Below, in pieces: positions 19,101 to 28,029 of a stretch of DNA of 64,000 bases. The notes below the pieces were generated by a model. That model was not told the DNA's origin. It made no database searches and saw only the letters and a list, made by a program, of their open reading frames with translations. Both the position numbers and the translations under genes were made by a program. Within the stretch, counting starts at the first letter, position 1. Each line of letters opens with the position of its first letter. Location of the stretch: positions 202,038 through 266,037 of the forward strand of contig JAZDCZ010000419.1 in NCBI GenBank assembly GCA_036679605.1. The letters run 5' to 3'. Origin of the DNA: Gemmatimonadota bacterium. GTDB lineage: Bacteria; Gemmatimonadota; Gemmatimonadetes; Gemmatimonadales; GWC2-71-9.

Positions 19101-20357
19101 TTAACCAGTGGGATCCACCACTTTCCCGATAAAGAGAATGGTCCCCGAAATCCGCTCGCGCAGCACGAAGAGGAACGGCTGGTCGATGACGAACGGCGGC
19201 GGCTCACTGATCATGCCGAAGCTGACGGACGTCACCGCCGCCGCTTCCGTGCCCACCTCGTCCACCTTGACAAACGTCTTGTGTTGGACCGTACGGATGA
19301 AGAGCCCAGCGCCGGGAGTGATGTTGCTGAAGTCTGCCAGCGCTGCGTCGAATGCAATCCCCATCCCCAGCGCCGAGAGCACGTCGTTCATTGTGATCTT
19401 GTACTCGAACTGGAACTTGGGCATCACCACGATCTTGTTTGCGCTGTCGACCTCGAGCCCGGCGGTCCACGCCTGCCAGCGATCGCGATCGAACGCGGCG
19501 ATCACTTCGTCTAGCGTGACACCCGCTGCTGGCACCGCCGCCACCATCGTGAACGCCCCACCGCCGTACGGCATCTCGATCACGTTCGCCAGTTGGTCGC
19601 CGCTGATCCGAACGGGTACCGGGTCCGCATGCGACATGGTGGGGACCGACCTCTCCGTGCCATCTCTTAACGTGAACGGCCGGTCGCTGGTGAGCGACTT
19701 GTCGAACTGGTTGGTCCAGTCACCCTTGAAGAACACGGCGTTGATCACGAACAGCATGGTTGAGCGATCGATGGGCCTCGGCGCGATCGAATCGATCCGT
19801 CCGTTGGTGTGATCCCTTACCCATCCATCGATAATGTCGGGCGCGTTGGGGGCGCCGAAATCCAGGGCCTCCACCTGAGCATCGAAAAAGGTGGTGGCCG
19901 CGTCCAAGAAGGTGGGGAGCACGGGGGCCTCGGGCCGATGCCATATGGAGTTGGCGAGATTGAACGTCACCCGGCGATCCAGATTGACCAACAGGTCGAT
20001 CAAGCCGCGGTAGCCGTCATTGACCTGGTCGATGGCAAGCCCCTCGAATCCCAAGGTCTTGGCCATCGAGTCTCTCGTCGCTCCGGCGGCGCCATTGTAC
20101 GTCATGCCGAGCGCCATGCTCACGCTCAACGGCGAGATAAAGAGGTTTTCGTCGGGATTGGCCTGGGCATCCACCGCGCGGAACAGACGCATGGCGAAGG
20201 AATTGTCGGACTCCACCAACGCCAGCTCCGCCGCGGTCAGCTCCCGGGGCAACACTTCGATGGGTCCCATGGGTCCTAAGGAGTTGCCACCACCACCGCA
20301 GGCAACGGCGAAACCGATGACGGGCACGAACGCGATACGTTTACAGACACGCTTCAT
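19101..20357 (-). CDS. Serpin (serine protease inhibitor), lipoprotein
   Basis: Lipobox AVAC; NLFISPLS, NAVFFKGDW, hinge DEVGTEAAAVT, FVIDQPFLF. Confidence 0.95.
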   Translation of the reverse strand: MKRVCKRIAFVPVIGFAVACGGGGNSLGPMGPIEVLPRELTAAELALVESDNSFAMRLFRAVDAQANPDENLFISPLSVSMALGMTYNGAAGATRDSMAKTLGFEGLAIDQVNDGYRGLIDLLVNLDRRVTFNLANSIWHRPEAPVLPTFLDAATTFFDAQVEALDFGAPNAPDIIDGWVRDHTNGRIDSIAPRPIDRSTMLFVINAVFFKGDWTNQFDKSLTSDRPFTLRDGTERSVPTMSHADPVPVRISGDQLANVIEMPYGGGAFTMVAAVPAAGVTLDEVIAAFDRDRWQAWTAGLEVDSANKIVVMPKFQFEYKITMNDVLSALGMGIAFDAALADFSNITPGAGLFIRTVQHKTFVKVDEVGTEAAAVTSVSFGMISEPPPFVIDQPFLFVLRERISGTILFIGKVVDPTG

Positions 20358-20420
20358 GATTGGGTACCTCCGTTATCAAGACAATACACACAGTCACGTA
20401 GACCTGTCGCGGTTGGCCGG

Positions 20421-21581
20421 CTATGGTGGCGTCACGGCCCACAGCCCCGCGCGGGTCCCGACGAGCAGCCGACCGTGGGCCGCATCGACCGCCGTCGCCG
20501 TCCCCGTCGCGCCCAAGGCCCCCCGGGGCACGGCGAGCGAGTCCCAACTCGCGCCGCCATTCGTCGTCCGGTACCACCCCAGGTCCGTCAGTTCCCGGAA
20601 GGTGCCGTCGGGATTCTTTTCGAATTCAAGGAACACGGTGGCCGCATAGAGCACATCGTTGAGCTCGGCGAAACCCGCCACCGCACCACGCGGACCCGCG
20701 GCACAGTCCCACGAGCCCCTTGCACCCGCCTCGTCAGATTGCATCAGCCCTAACTCGGCCCCGAGGAACAGTCGGTCTGGCACGTTGGGGGCCAGGGCGA
20801 GTGCGTTGGTCGGCGTCTCGACGACCACGCTGTTGCATGTGGGAACTCCTGCGTCCCAGGTCTCGCCCCAGTCTGTGCTAAAAACGACAAACGGAACGAA
20901 GATGTTGCCCTGCCCCGCCACCCAGAGCAGGCCTGTGCGCGCCGGATCGATCAGGATGTCCACGTGCCACGCGCAAATGTTGAAGCTTCCGAACACGAAC
21001 TGCCACGTCTCTCCGGCATCGAGCGAGCGCAGCACGCCGTGGCAGTTGCTCATGAACACCCGCTGCGCGTTGCCGGGGTCGACCTCCAGGTCGTCAACGA
21101 AGACGCGGTACGGGTTGCGGGACTCCGTCGCCAGCCCCCCGTCAAACGGCACCCACGACTCCCCCCGGTCGAAGCTGGCGAAGACCGCGGCGCTCGTTGT
21201 GTCTTCCTTGGAGCCGTTGCGAAACGTCACGCCCGCGAGGAGGCGCGGCGGGTCGGCCGGAACATAGAGCAGCGCCTTCGGGATGAGGTGGTTGTGCCAG
21301 GCTTGCGGACCCAGCGCCGTCCACCCGCCGTCCGACTCGAGCCGGAAGATCCCGTGGTCGTTCGTGCCCGCGAACAGTCCCCAGGGCGTTACGGCGACCT
21401 CGGCTATCCACTCCGACTCGAGCCCCAGCAACGTCCAGCAGCCGCTGTCGAGTTCCAGCGGGCATACCTGCGAAGAAGATAGGCTATCCGAGCAGGCGGC
21501 GAACATGCCCGCCACAGAAACGACGACGACGGAGCGAACCAGCCAATCCGCCACACGGCCGGAAATGTGTTGCCGTGCCAT
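20421..21581 (-). CDS. BNR/Asp-box repeat beta-propeller lipoprotein
   Basis: AAAGGAG RBS before ATG 21581; lipobox FAAC; Asp-boxes SFDRGESW, SLDAGETW, STDWGETW, TTNGGASW. Confidence 0.8.
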   Translation of the reverse strand: MARQHISGRVADWLVRSVVVVSVAGMFAACSDSLSSSQVCPLELDSGCWTLLGLESEWIAEVAVTPWGLFAGTNDHGIFRLESDGGWTALGPQAWHNHLIPKALLYVPADPPRLLAGVTFRNGSKEDTTSAAVFASFDRGESWVPFDGGLATESRNPYRVFVDDLEVDPGNAQRVFMSNCHGVLRSLDAGETWQFVFGSFNICAWHVDILIDPARTGLLWVAGQGNIFVPFVVFSTDWGETWDAGVPTCNSVVVETPTNALALAPNVPDRLFLGAELGLMQSDEAGARGSWDCAAGPRGAVAGFAELNDVLYAATVFLEFEKNPDGTFRELTDLGWYRTTNGGASWDSLAVPRGALGATGTATAVDAAHGRLLVGTRAGLWAVTPP

Positions 21582-21744
21582 ATGAGCGCTCCTTTGATGT
21601 TTAAGGATTACCGAAGCCTCACCCGCGACGGCCCGCCACCGTGCCGCCGGGGTCAACCGCCCGCACACGAACGCACCTCCTCTGTTTGAACTAACCCCAT
21701 GCCCGATGGAAAGTTGCAGGGGTCCGGCGGCACCGCGGGCCGGT

Positions 21745-23452
21745 TCAGTTCAGACACGGCGGGGCCTGAGAGTTGACGGTAGCAGACAACTGATCGAACC
21801 CGTCGGCACCACCGCTATCCAACACGTTGAGCCTCAAGGTGTAACGCGACAGATCTCCCGTCCAGACGGTGACGTAACTGTCGCTCCCTATCGGAACGCC
21901 ATTCCTGCCACTGATATGAGTACATTCCCGTGCCACCAGATACCGCCGAGTCATAGAAGCAGTATTCATCCGGTGGGACCATCGTGGAACCAAAGATCGT
22001 AACATTCAGGGAAGGGGGTGGCGGGGGGTCCGGGACGCCAACGGCGCGCGCCGCGTCGAGCACACCGTGGCCGAGGTAATCGTCCCGCCCGCCCGCGCCC
22101 AGACCATCCGCGGTGTTGAACAGCCGATCCACGATCTGCTGATTCGTCCAGGTTGGATTCTGCTCTCGAAGCAGGGCGGCCGCGCCCGAAACGTGCGGTG
22201 TCGCCATCGAGGTGCCGCACCAACCCGAGGTTTCGTCCTCGTAGCTGTTATTGCCGACCGTGCTCAGGGCCCAAAACGGCGCCGCAAGGTCCACGTAAAC
22301 GCCCTTGTTCGAAGCGACCGTTTGGGATGGATCGTTTGGATATGTGCAGGGACTGCTGCCGGCGAAGCTGCCGTCGGTTTTCACTCCCGAGACGCCGATG
22401 ACATTCGTGTACTCGGCAGGGTAAAAGTTGGTGGGAGATGACTGGGCGCTGCCCCTGTTTCCGGCTGCCGCCACGAGCACGACCCCGTCGCTCCACGCCT
22501 GGGCGACAGCATTCGCCATCCCGGCGTCGAAAACAGTACCCCCCAGGCTCATGCTCAGCACATCGAAAAAAACGCTCGCCTGGATACCAGAGATAATGTC
22601 AGTGGTGGGGCACCCGAACTGAATCGGTCCAGAAAAACAGGCGCCGTAAACGAAGACGTCGGAGGGCGCAACCCCGGGCGCGGCGCCTACCGCTCCGATG
22701 CTGTTGTTGCGCGCGGTGAAGATGCCTAGAACGTGGGAGCCGTGCCAGAACGGACCGTCATCGCAGCCGCCCTCGTTTCCCGCGCAATTGGCGAGTGGCA
22801 CAAGCGGAAGGTCCTGGTGGCCCCGGTCGTGCCCGGTGTCGATGATCTGAATCTTGGCGGTGGCACCGGTCGCGCTGTCCCACGCCTCTGGGGCGCGCAC
22901 GAGATCCATGCCCCATGGTATCGTCTGACCGTTCAGCGATGCCCTCCCGAACGCCTTGATAGGCGCCTCCACGCCCTGCACAGACAACCGCTGGAGCGGT
23001 TCGATATAGTCCACCAGCGGATGGTCGCGCAGAAGCGTAGCCGTCCCAGCCGGCAACAGAACGTGCGCAGCCCCCATGAACCAGTAGAACTCAATGACCG
23101 TGACGCCCCGCTGGGCCAGGACCGCAAGGGCAGCGTCGATCGTGCCCCGGGGAATCGCCTCGCGCCGCCCGGTCTCGAGCGCACGCGGTGAGGCCGGGGT
23201 TTTGAACGCGATCACGGCATGGCCGTCTTCCTCGGCGATCGCCTGCTCCAGTGCGACCGCACTGGTGTCCCAGGGGCGGGGCTCGGGTGGCAGGTCGATC
23301 GTGACGGCCGGGACATCCTGTACCTGAGCTGCTGGCATGCCGGAGAGTCGTGCCGCTACGTCGCTGTCCGCAATAGGCGGATTCGGCAGATCGGAACATG
23401 CCGTCAGTACACTGAGCGCCATGAGCGTGGCGCAGGCGGAACTCCTTACCAT
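21745..23452 (-). CDS. S8 subtilisin-like serine protease, lipoprotein; frameshift near 21907 in the C-terminal beta-rich domain
   Basis: AAGGAGGT RBS; lipobox LTAC; triad IIDTG / HGSHVLG / GTSMATPHVSG; AAAGN; natural-looking tail continues in another frame to the stop at 21745 (as-read frame stops at 21815). Confidence 0.9.
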
Positions 23453-23533
23453 AGTACACCTCCTTGTGATGAAAGGCACCCGAATCGCCATAATGCTCGG
23501 TCAGATGGGCGACGACGATTCTCATGCCTAGCA

Positions 23534-23564
23534 TACAGGGGTCCTGAACACGCCAAAGGTTACA
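23534..23564 (-). promoter_or_regulatory. Island ECF promoter copy A (subtilase unit)
   Basis: TGTAACCTTT-ggcgtgttcagga-CCCCTGTA on the minus strand. Confidence 0.85.
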
Positions 23565-23755
23565 CGCCAAATACGATCACTTTTGCACACACGACTCAAG
23601 TTGTTGCTTTGCAGCAAGTTACGTGTCATGTTCGCGAACTCGAATAGCTCCTCGGCCACGGAACGGTCAGCTGAACGCCCGCTCGAGATCGAAGAGACCA
23701 GGAACCTGGCCGGCGGCTCACAATCGCACCGCGCACCATCAACTGGATCTTCGCA

Positions 23756-23786
23756 TGTAACCTTTGCCGTGTTGAACGCCCCTGTA
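23756..23786 (+). promoter_or_regulatory. Island ECF promoter copy B (peptide unit)
   Basis: TGTAACCTTT-gccgtgttgaacg-CCCCTGTA. Confidence 0.85.
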
Positions 23787-23833
23787 CTGAAGACAGGTGG
23801 TTGACGAGAGGCACTCAACACGGAGGATTCCTC

Positions 23834-24052
23834 ATGCAAGTTCCACTACGTAGACTGATACTTGTCGCTGGTGCCGCGGTCGCTCTGACGGCCATACCCT
23901 TGGCGGTCACAGAGTCTGAAAACCGGGTCTCGCTCGGTGTCAGTGACGCATGCGCTCAGGGTGGTTTCTGCTGTCGCCACGAACAGGGTTCGCTGTGCCC
24001 CAGTAGCATACCGGACGGGCAGCCCAAGGGTGACTACACGCCTTGTGGCTAG
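23834..24052 (+). CDS. Small secreted Cys-rich peptide precursor (72 aa)
   Basis: GGAGG RBS at 23822; RR plus hydrophobic signal; ...VSDACA-QGGFCCRHEQGSLCPSSIPDGQPKGDYTPCG*. Confidence 0.8.
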   Translation: MQVPLRRLILVAGAAVALTAIPLAVTESENRVSLGVSDACAQGGFCCRHEQGSLCPSSIPDGQPKGDYTPCG

Positions 24053-24112
24053 TTAGCTACACTGATCCGACGTTGAGTTCGGGTACGATAAAAGCTGAGT
24101 ATCACCAATCGC

Positions 24113-25228
24113 ATGGGGGCAGTTTTCATGCAATGTAGGTGCACTCTCCGCCGGGTCGGTCTCGCGTGGAGCCTTTCATTGTTAGCGCTGCTCACCCATG
24201 CGTGCGGCAGCGAGTCAACCAGCGGGCTACGGTACGGACCGGCTGAACTCGATCACGCGGCCGTTGGGGTCATTGATGTGAAGAGTAGGACCCTCTTCGA
24301 GTCGGACACCCTCGCGCTTCCCTCTGACATAGCGCTCGTAGGCGACAACGTGGTCGTCATAGACAATGCCAACGAACCCGCCCTATTCGTTGTAGACAGA
24401 ACGAGTGGAGAACTGCTGCGTGCGATCGGGAGGCGTGGAGACGGCCCTGGCGAGTTCCGGCAGCCCTGGACTCTCGACGCTGTTTCGGGTAGCACATCGG
24501 AGGTGTGGGTCTACGACTTGGGATTGGGTAGGCTCACAAAGTTGGATGTAACCACCTCTGAGGACGCCGCAAGCAGCCGGATCGTTAACCTTGGGAGCAA
24601 CGGCGCTACAACGGGTCCGATATGGACCGATGCCAACACGATCGTGAGCCTGGGACTCTTTGCGACCGGACGCCTGGCCGTGTTCAACGTGGACGGCGAG
24701 CGGACGGGCACCTTTGGAGTCGTCCCGCTCGGCCCGTCGACGGTCCCGGCAACGGTGAAGCAGCACGCCTATCAGGCAACACTGGTTCCACATCCCGAGC
24801 GACACCTAATGGCAGCGGTCACGAGACACGCCGGCCGCATCGAGTTATATCGGTCCGACGGCTCGACCGTCGCCATGCTCGACGGCCCGCTGCCCTTCGA
24901 GCCCCGCTACACCGTTGGTTCGAATGCGCGCGCAGCGGTGCTGCGAACCGGAGACGACCTGCGATTTGGTTATATCGACGGAGCGGGCTCTAACAAATAC
25001 ATCTTCGCACTGTTCTCCGGCAGGACACGGGAGGGATTCCCCGGGCGTGCAAACTTCGCTAGGTTCGTACACGTATTCGATTGGAAAGGAACCTTCCAGA
25101 AAGCGCTGCGCCTGGACCACGACGTGCTGAGCATCGCCATAGACAGGGGGTCAACGACTCTGTACGCCGTTACGCACGATCCGACACCGGCAATACTGAG
25201 CTACTCGTTATCCATGTTCGTACCGTAG
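24113..25228 (+). CDS. 6-bladed beta-propeller lipoprotein (BF3164/TolB-like)
   Basis: Lipobox THAC; IGRRGDGPGEF; KYIFALFSG..VHVFDWKG; start may be ATG 24128. Confidence 0.85.
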   Translation: MGAVFMQCRCTLRRVGLAWSLSLLALLTHACGSESTSGLRYGPAELDHAAVGVIDVKSRTLFESDTLALPSDIALVGDNVVVIDNANEPALFVVDRTSGELLRAIGRRGDGPGEFRQPWTLDAVSGSTSEVWVYDLGLGRLTKLDVTTSEDAASSRIVNLGSNGATTGPIWTDANTIVSLGLFATGRLAVFNVDGERTGTFGVVPLGPSTVPATVKQHAYQATLVPHPERHLMAAVTRHAGRIELYRSDGSTVAMLDGPLPFEPRYTVGSNARAAVLRTGDDLRFGYIDGAGSNKYIFALFSGRTREGFPGRANFARFVHVFDWKGTFQKALRLDHDVLSIAIDRGSTTLYAVTHDPTPAILSYSLSMFVP

Positions 25229-25253
25229 GGTTTTCTGGGTACATGCAGCTCGT

Positions 25254-27416
25254 TTAGGAACCGTCGTCTGCCACATTCACAGCGGTAGGCGCGGTTAGAG
25301 CCTCGAGCACGCGCACGATTTCGTCCAAAGAGTTCTCGGACAGCCGTATGCGACTCGACTTGTCCAGCACCAGGTAAAGCGGTGTCTCCCACAGACCGAG
25401 CGCGTCGCGTGCCTTCCCATCCACATGAAAGACTCTCGGTGCGGACGGGTGCTCCTGAACGAAACGGTTGAGAGCTAGGGACTGTGACTCCGCCGTTAAT
25501 ATCAACACGCGAACGCCGCGCGGTTCATAACGGGCAGTGACTTGCTGTAAGCGCGGCAGTTCACTCAGACACGGGGCGCACAACCAGGACCAGAACGCCA
25601 CGAGCGTAACTTGGCCACCCGTGAGTTCGTCAAGTCGATGACTGGCACCCGCCGAGTCGGTCAACTCCACACCACCACGCACAAAGGTGTTACTCGTGCC
25701 GCCGAGAACGCGCTCGTACATCTCGTCTCGTGCGACCCTTGTCAGCTCTGTCCATCGAGCGCCGTTCACGAGGCCGGTCGCCAGCGCCGCAAGCGAATCC
25801 CGGGCAGTAGTCGTGGTATTCGGGTCGACCGCCAGTCTGGCCAACATGCCAACCGCACCGGCCGTATCGGCAATGCCGAGCCTTACCTCGGCCGATACTC
25901 CAAAGACCTCCGTATCCCATCCGGTCGCCGCCGCCTGGTCCAGAGCGTCGAGACCGGCCTCGGTATCGCCCAACTGCACGAGCGCCCTACCTAGCGGTGC
26001 GAGGACTCGGCCACCCTCCGCCTCGTCGTAGCGCCGCTGCTCGCCGATGGTGCGAGTCAGAGGCCGTCTCCAACCGGCATCGGTGTCAGTGCGTGCCAGC
26101 TCATCACGCAGCCGCTCTACAGCGACCCTTCTCAATTCCGGCAGCTCGGCCAGTTGCTTCGCTACGGCAAGTGCCGCCCACGGTTTCAGCGCCACGCGGC
26201 GGTCGGCCCATCGCAGTATCGCGTCTGGGTCTCCCGCCCGCAGTGCCACAGAAAGTCCCATCCGAGGCAGTTGAAAGGAGACTGCGCCAACTTCTTGCCA
26301 CAGACCCTCCAGTTCCCGCAGCGCTCCATCGCGATCGCTCCCATGCGCCGCGATGATCCGAAAGACACGTTGTTGCACTGCCTGAGGATGGCCCGGTGCT
26401 TCAGTTAGCAGCCGATCGCGCCAATAATCGACCCTCCCCGGATCTTGCTCTGCGATGAATCCCAGCCAGTATAGTCCCGCCAACGTGTCGCCGCTAAGCG
26501 AAATGTCATTGGCAAACCGGCTATGCAACTCCTCATAGCGCGCGCTCCAACGTCCGGAGAAATCGGTCATGCCGCGCGATCGGGATAAACTTTTCTCAAA
26601 CCCCGCTAGTCGCGACCAGGCATCGGGATCGTCGGGATATACCTCGGTGGCCCGCCTCGCAGCTTCCAGACCTCCTTGCCAGTTTCGTCCGCTCAAATCG
26701 TTTTGTTGCTGCACCAACGCCCGATAATCCGGCTCGTCGCCATTGAAGACCAGAAGCTCCCACAACGCACCACGGTTGCTGTCAACGCGCGCACCCAGCG
26801 TATCCTCCACCGCGAATACCGCGTACACCACCGAGTCGGGAAGCTGAACGCTGCCCTCGAATCTCCTGCGTCCGACTTTCTCCAGTTGAGCCACCACAAT
26901 CTGTCGGGCGCCGGGATCGTACTCCCGATCGGCAGCCGTCCTGTAGCGAGCGCGGAGTACCAGGCGAGCTTCGCCCGCGAGCATCGAGGTACTGCGGTAC
27001 TCCACAGCAATCAGATCGCCGCGCTCGGGCTTCTCGGGTGTCAAGATCAACTCTCCCGACACCCGCTCGGCCCCCAAGTCCGGAAGCGAGCGAACCAGGA
27101 GAGCGCCTGCGCCCACCAGGGCAACCAGCGCGGCGGCTATCATGCCCAGTCGTTTGGGCAGCGCCGGAAACGGGTCGGACAGCGGCAAAATCACCCGCTC
27201 CCCGGCCGCGCGTCTCGCCAGCACGCGTTGCAGGATTGCGGCAGGCGGTTTCTGTGTTGGAATTGATCGGGCCTGCTCATCCAGAGCCTGAATCGATGCC
27301 ACCGTGTTGCGGCACGGCAGGCAAGCGGCCAAATGCTCGGCTACCCGACTACGTCTCTTGGTGGATAATTCGCCGTCGACGAAACCATGCAGTTCTGAAC
27401 GAGAGAGGTGTCTCAT
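25254..27416 (-). CDS. zf-HC2 anti-sigma / TM / TPR-like helical region / TlpA-like thioredoxin fusion
   Basis: HLSRSELHGFVDGEL..HLAACLPC; TM LGMIAAALVALVGAGALLV; C-terminal TLVAFWSWLCAPCLSELP..ETPLYLVLD; start immediately follows the sigma stop. Confidence 0.85.
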   Translation of the reverse strand: MRHLSRSELHGFVDGELSTKRRSRVAEHLAACLPCRNTVASIQALDEQARSIPTQKPPAAILQRVLARRAAGERVILPLSDPFPALPKRLGMIAAALVALVGAGALLVRSLPDLGAERVSGELILTPEKPERGDLIAVEYRSTSMLAGEARLVLRARYRTAADREYDPGARQIVVAQLEKVGRRRFEGSVQLPDSVVYAVFAVEDTLGARVDSNRGALWELLVFNGDEPDYRALVQQQNDLSGRNWQGGLEAARRATEVYPDDPDAWSRLAGFEKSLSRSRGMTDFSGRWSARYEELHSRFANDISLSGDTLAGLYWLGFIAEQDPGRVDYWRDRLLTEAPGHPQAVQQRVFRIIAAHGSDRDGALRELEGLWQEVGAVSFQLPRMGLSVALRAGDPDAILRWADRRVALKPWAALAVAKQLAELPELRRVAVERLRDELARTDTDAGWRRPLTRTIGEQRRYDEAEGGRVLAPLGRALVQLGDTEAGLDALDQAAATGWDTEVFGVSAEVRLGIADTAGAVGMLARLAVDPNTTTTARDSLAALATGLVNGARWTELTRVARDEMYERVLGGTSNTFVRGGVELTDSAGASHRLDELTGGQVTLVAFWSWLCAPCLSELPRLQQVTARYEPRGVRVLILTAESQSLALNRFVQEHPSAPRVFHVDGKARDALGLWETPLYLVLDKSSRIRLSENSLDEIVRVLEALTAPTAVNVADDGS

Positions 27417-27421
27417 CACCA

Positions 27422-27976
27422 CTAGTCTCCTATGATCCTTCGGAGCATGTCTTTGGCGCGGTACAGCCTGACCTTGGACGTTCCGGTGGTTATACCAACC
27501 ATTCTTGCGATCTCCGAATGTGCATAGCCTCCGATCACCCTCATCACAAAGACAATACGCAGGGATTCCGGAAGATTCGCGATTGCTTCCTCGATCATCA
27601 TGCGGTCCACGTGCCCCGGAGGCTCCTCTGCGGTTTCGCTCGGCGAGAGAACTTCCAGAGGAACCTCGGCTCGCCGCTTTGACGAGCGATTTCTCCGATA
27701 CGCGGTTCTGAATGCCACCGTCTTGATCCACCCTTCCAGACTGCCATGTCCTTTGTATCCGTGCAAAGCCTCCGCCAGGTCCATGAACACATCTTGAACG
27801 ACATCCATGGCGTCTTCGTGCGATTTCGTCAGTCGCACCGCTATACCAAAAACCATTGCTCCAAACCGCTCAAACAGCTCCGCGATGGCCTCCGGCTCGC
27901 CCGACCGCGCCCGGCTCAGGAAAGCGGGTGATTCGAACCGGTCGTTCGCGTCGGTCACCGACAGCGACGCCCCCAT
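27422..27976 (-). CDS. ECF RNA polymerase sigma factor (island)
   Basis: DAMDVVQDVF; GYAHSEIARMVGITTGTSKVRLYRA. Confidence 0.95.
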   Translation of the reverse strand: MGASLSVTDANDRFESPAFLSRARSGEPEAIAELFERFGAMVFGIAVRLTKSHEDAMDVVQDVFMDLAEALHGYKGHGSLEGWIKTVAFRTAYRRNRSSKRRAEVPLEVLSPSETAEEPPGHVDRMMIEEAIANLPESLRIVFVMRVIGGYAHSEIARMVGITTGTSKVRLYRAKDMLRRIIGD

Positions 27977-27998
27977 GGAGGCAACGCGGGCCCTATAC

Positions 27999-28029
27999 TA
28001 CAGGGGCCACGAAGGAGCAAAAGGTTACA
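27999..28029 (-). promoter_or_regulatory. Island ECF promoter copy C (sigma/anti-sigma unit, autoregulatory)
   Basis: TGTAACCTTT-tgctccttcgtgg-CCCCTGTA ending 22 nt upstream of the sigma ATG. Confidence 0.85.

Noticed and set aside
19044..21738. GGCACCGCGG 10-mer at 19044 and 21729 as cassette recombination sites
   Set aside because: Too short and GC-rich to exceed chance; flanks do not align
23834..24052. Peptide as a lanthipeptide, ranthipeptide or lipoprotein
   Set aside because: No LanB/C/M, radical SAM, YcaO or peptidase-ABC exporter nearby; the first Cys (residue 40) is too far from the hydrophobic region for a lipobox
27417..27731. 105-aa N-terminal extension of the anti-sigma ORF
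   Set aside because: Overlaps the sigma gene in another frame; the zf-HC2 domain starts right after the sigma stop
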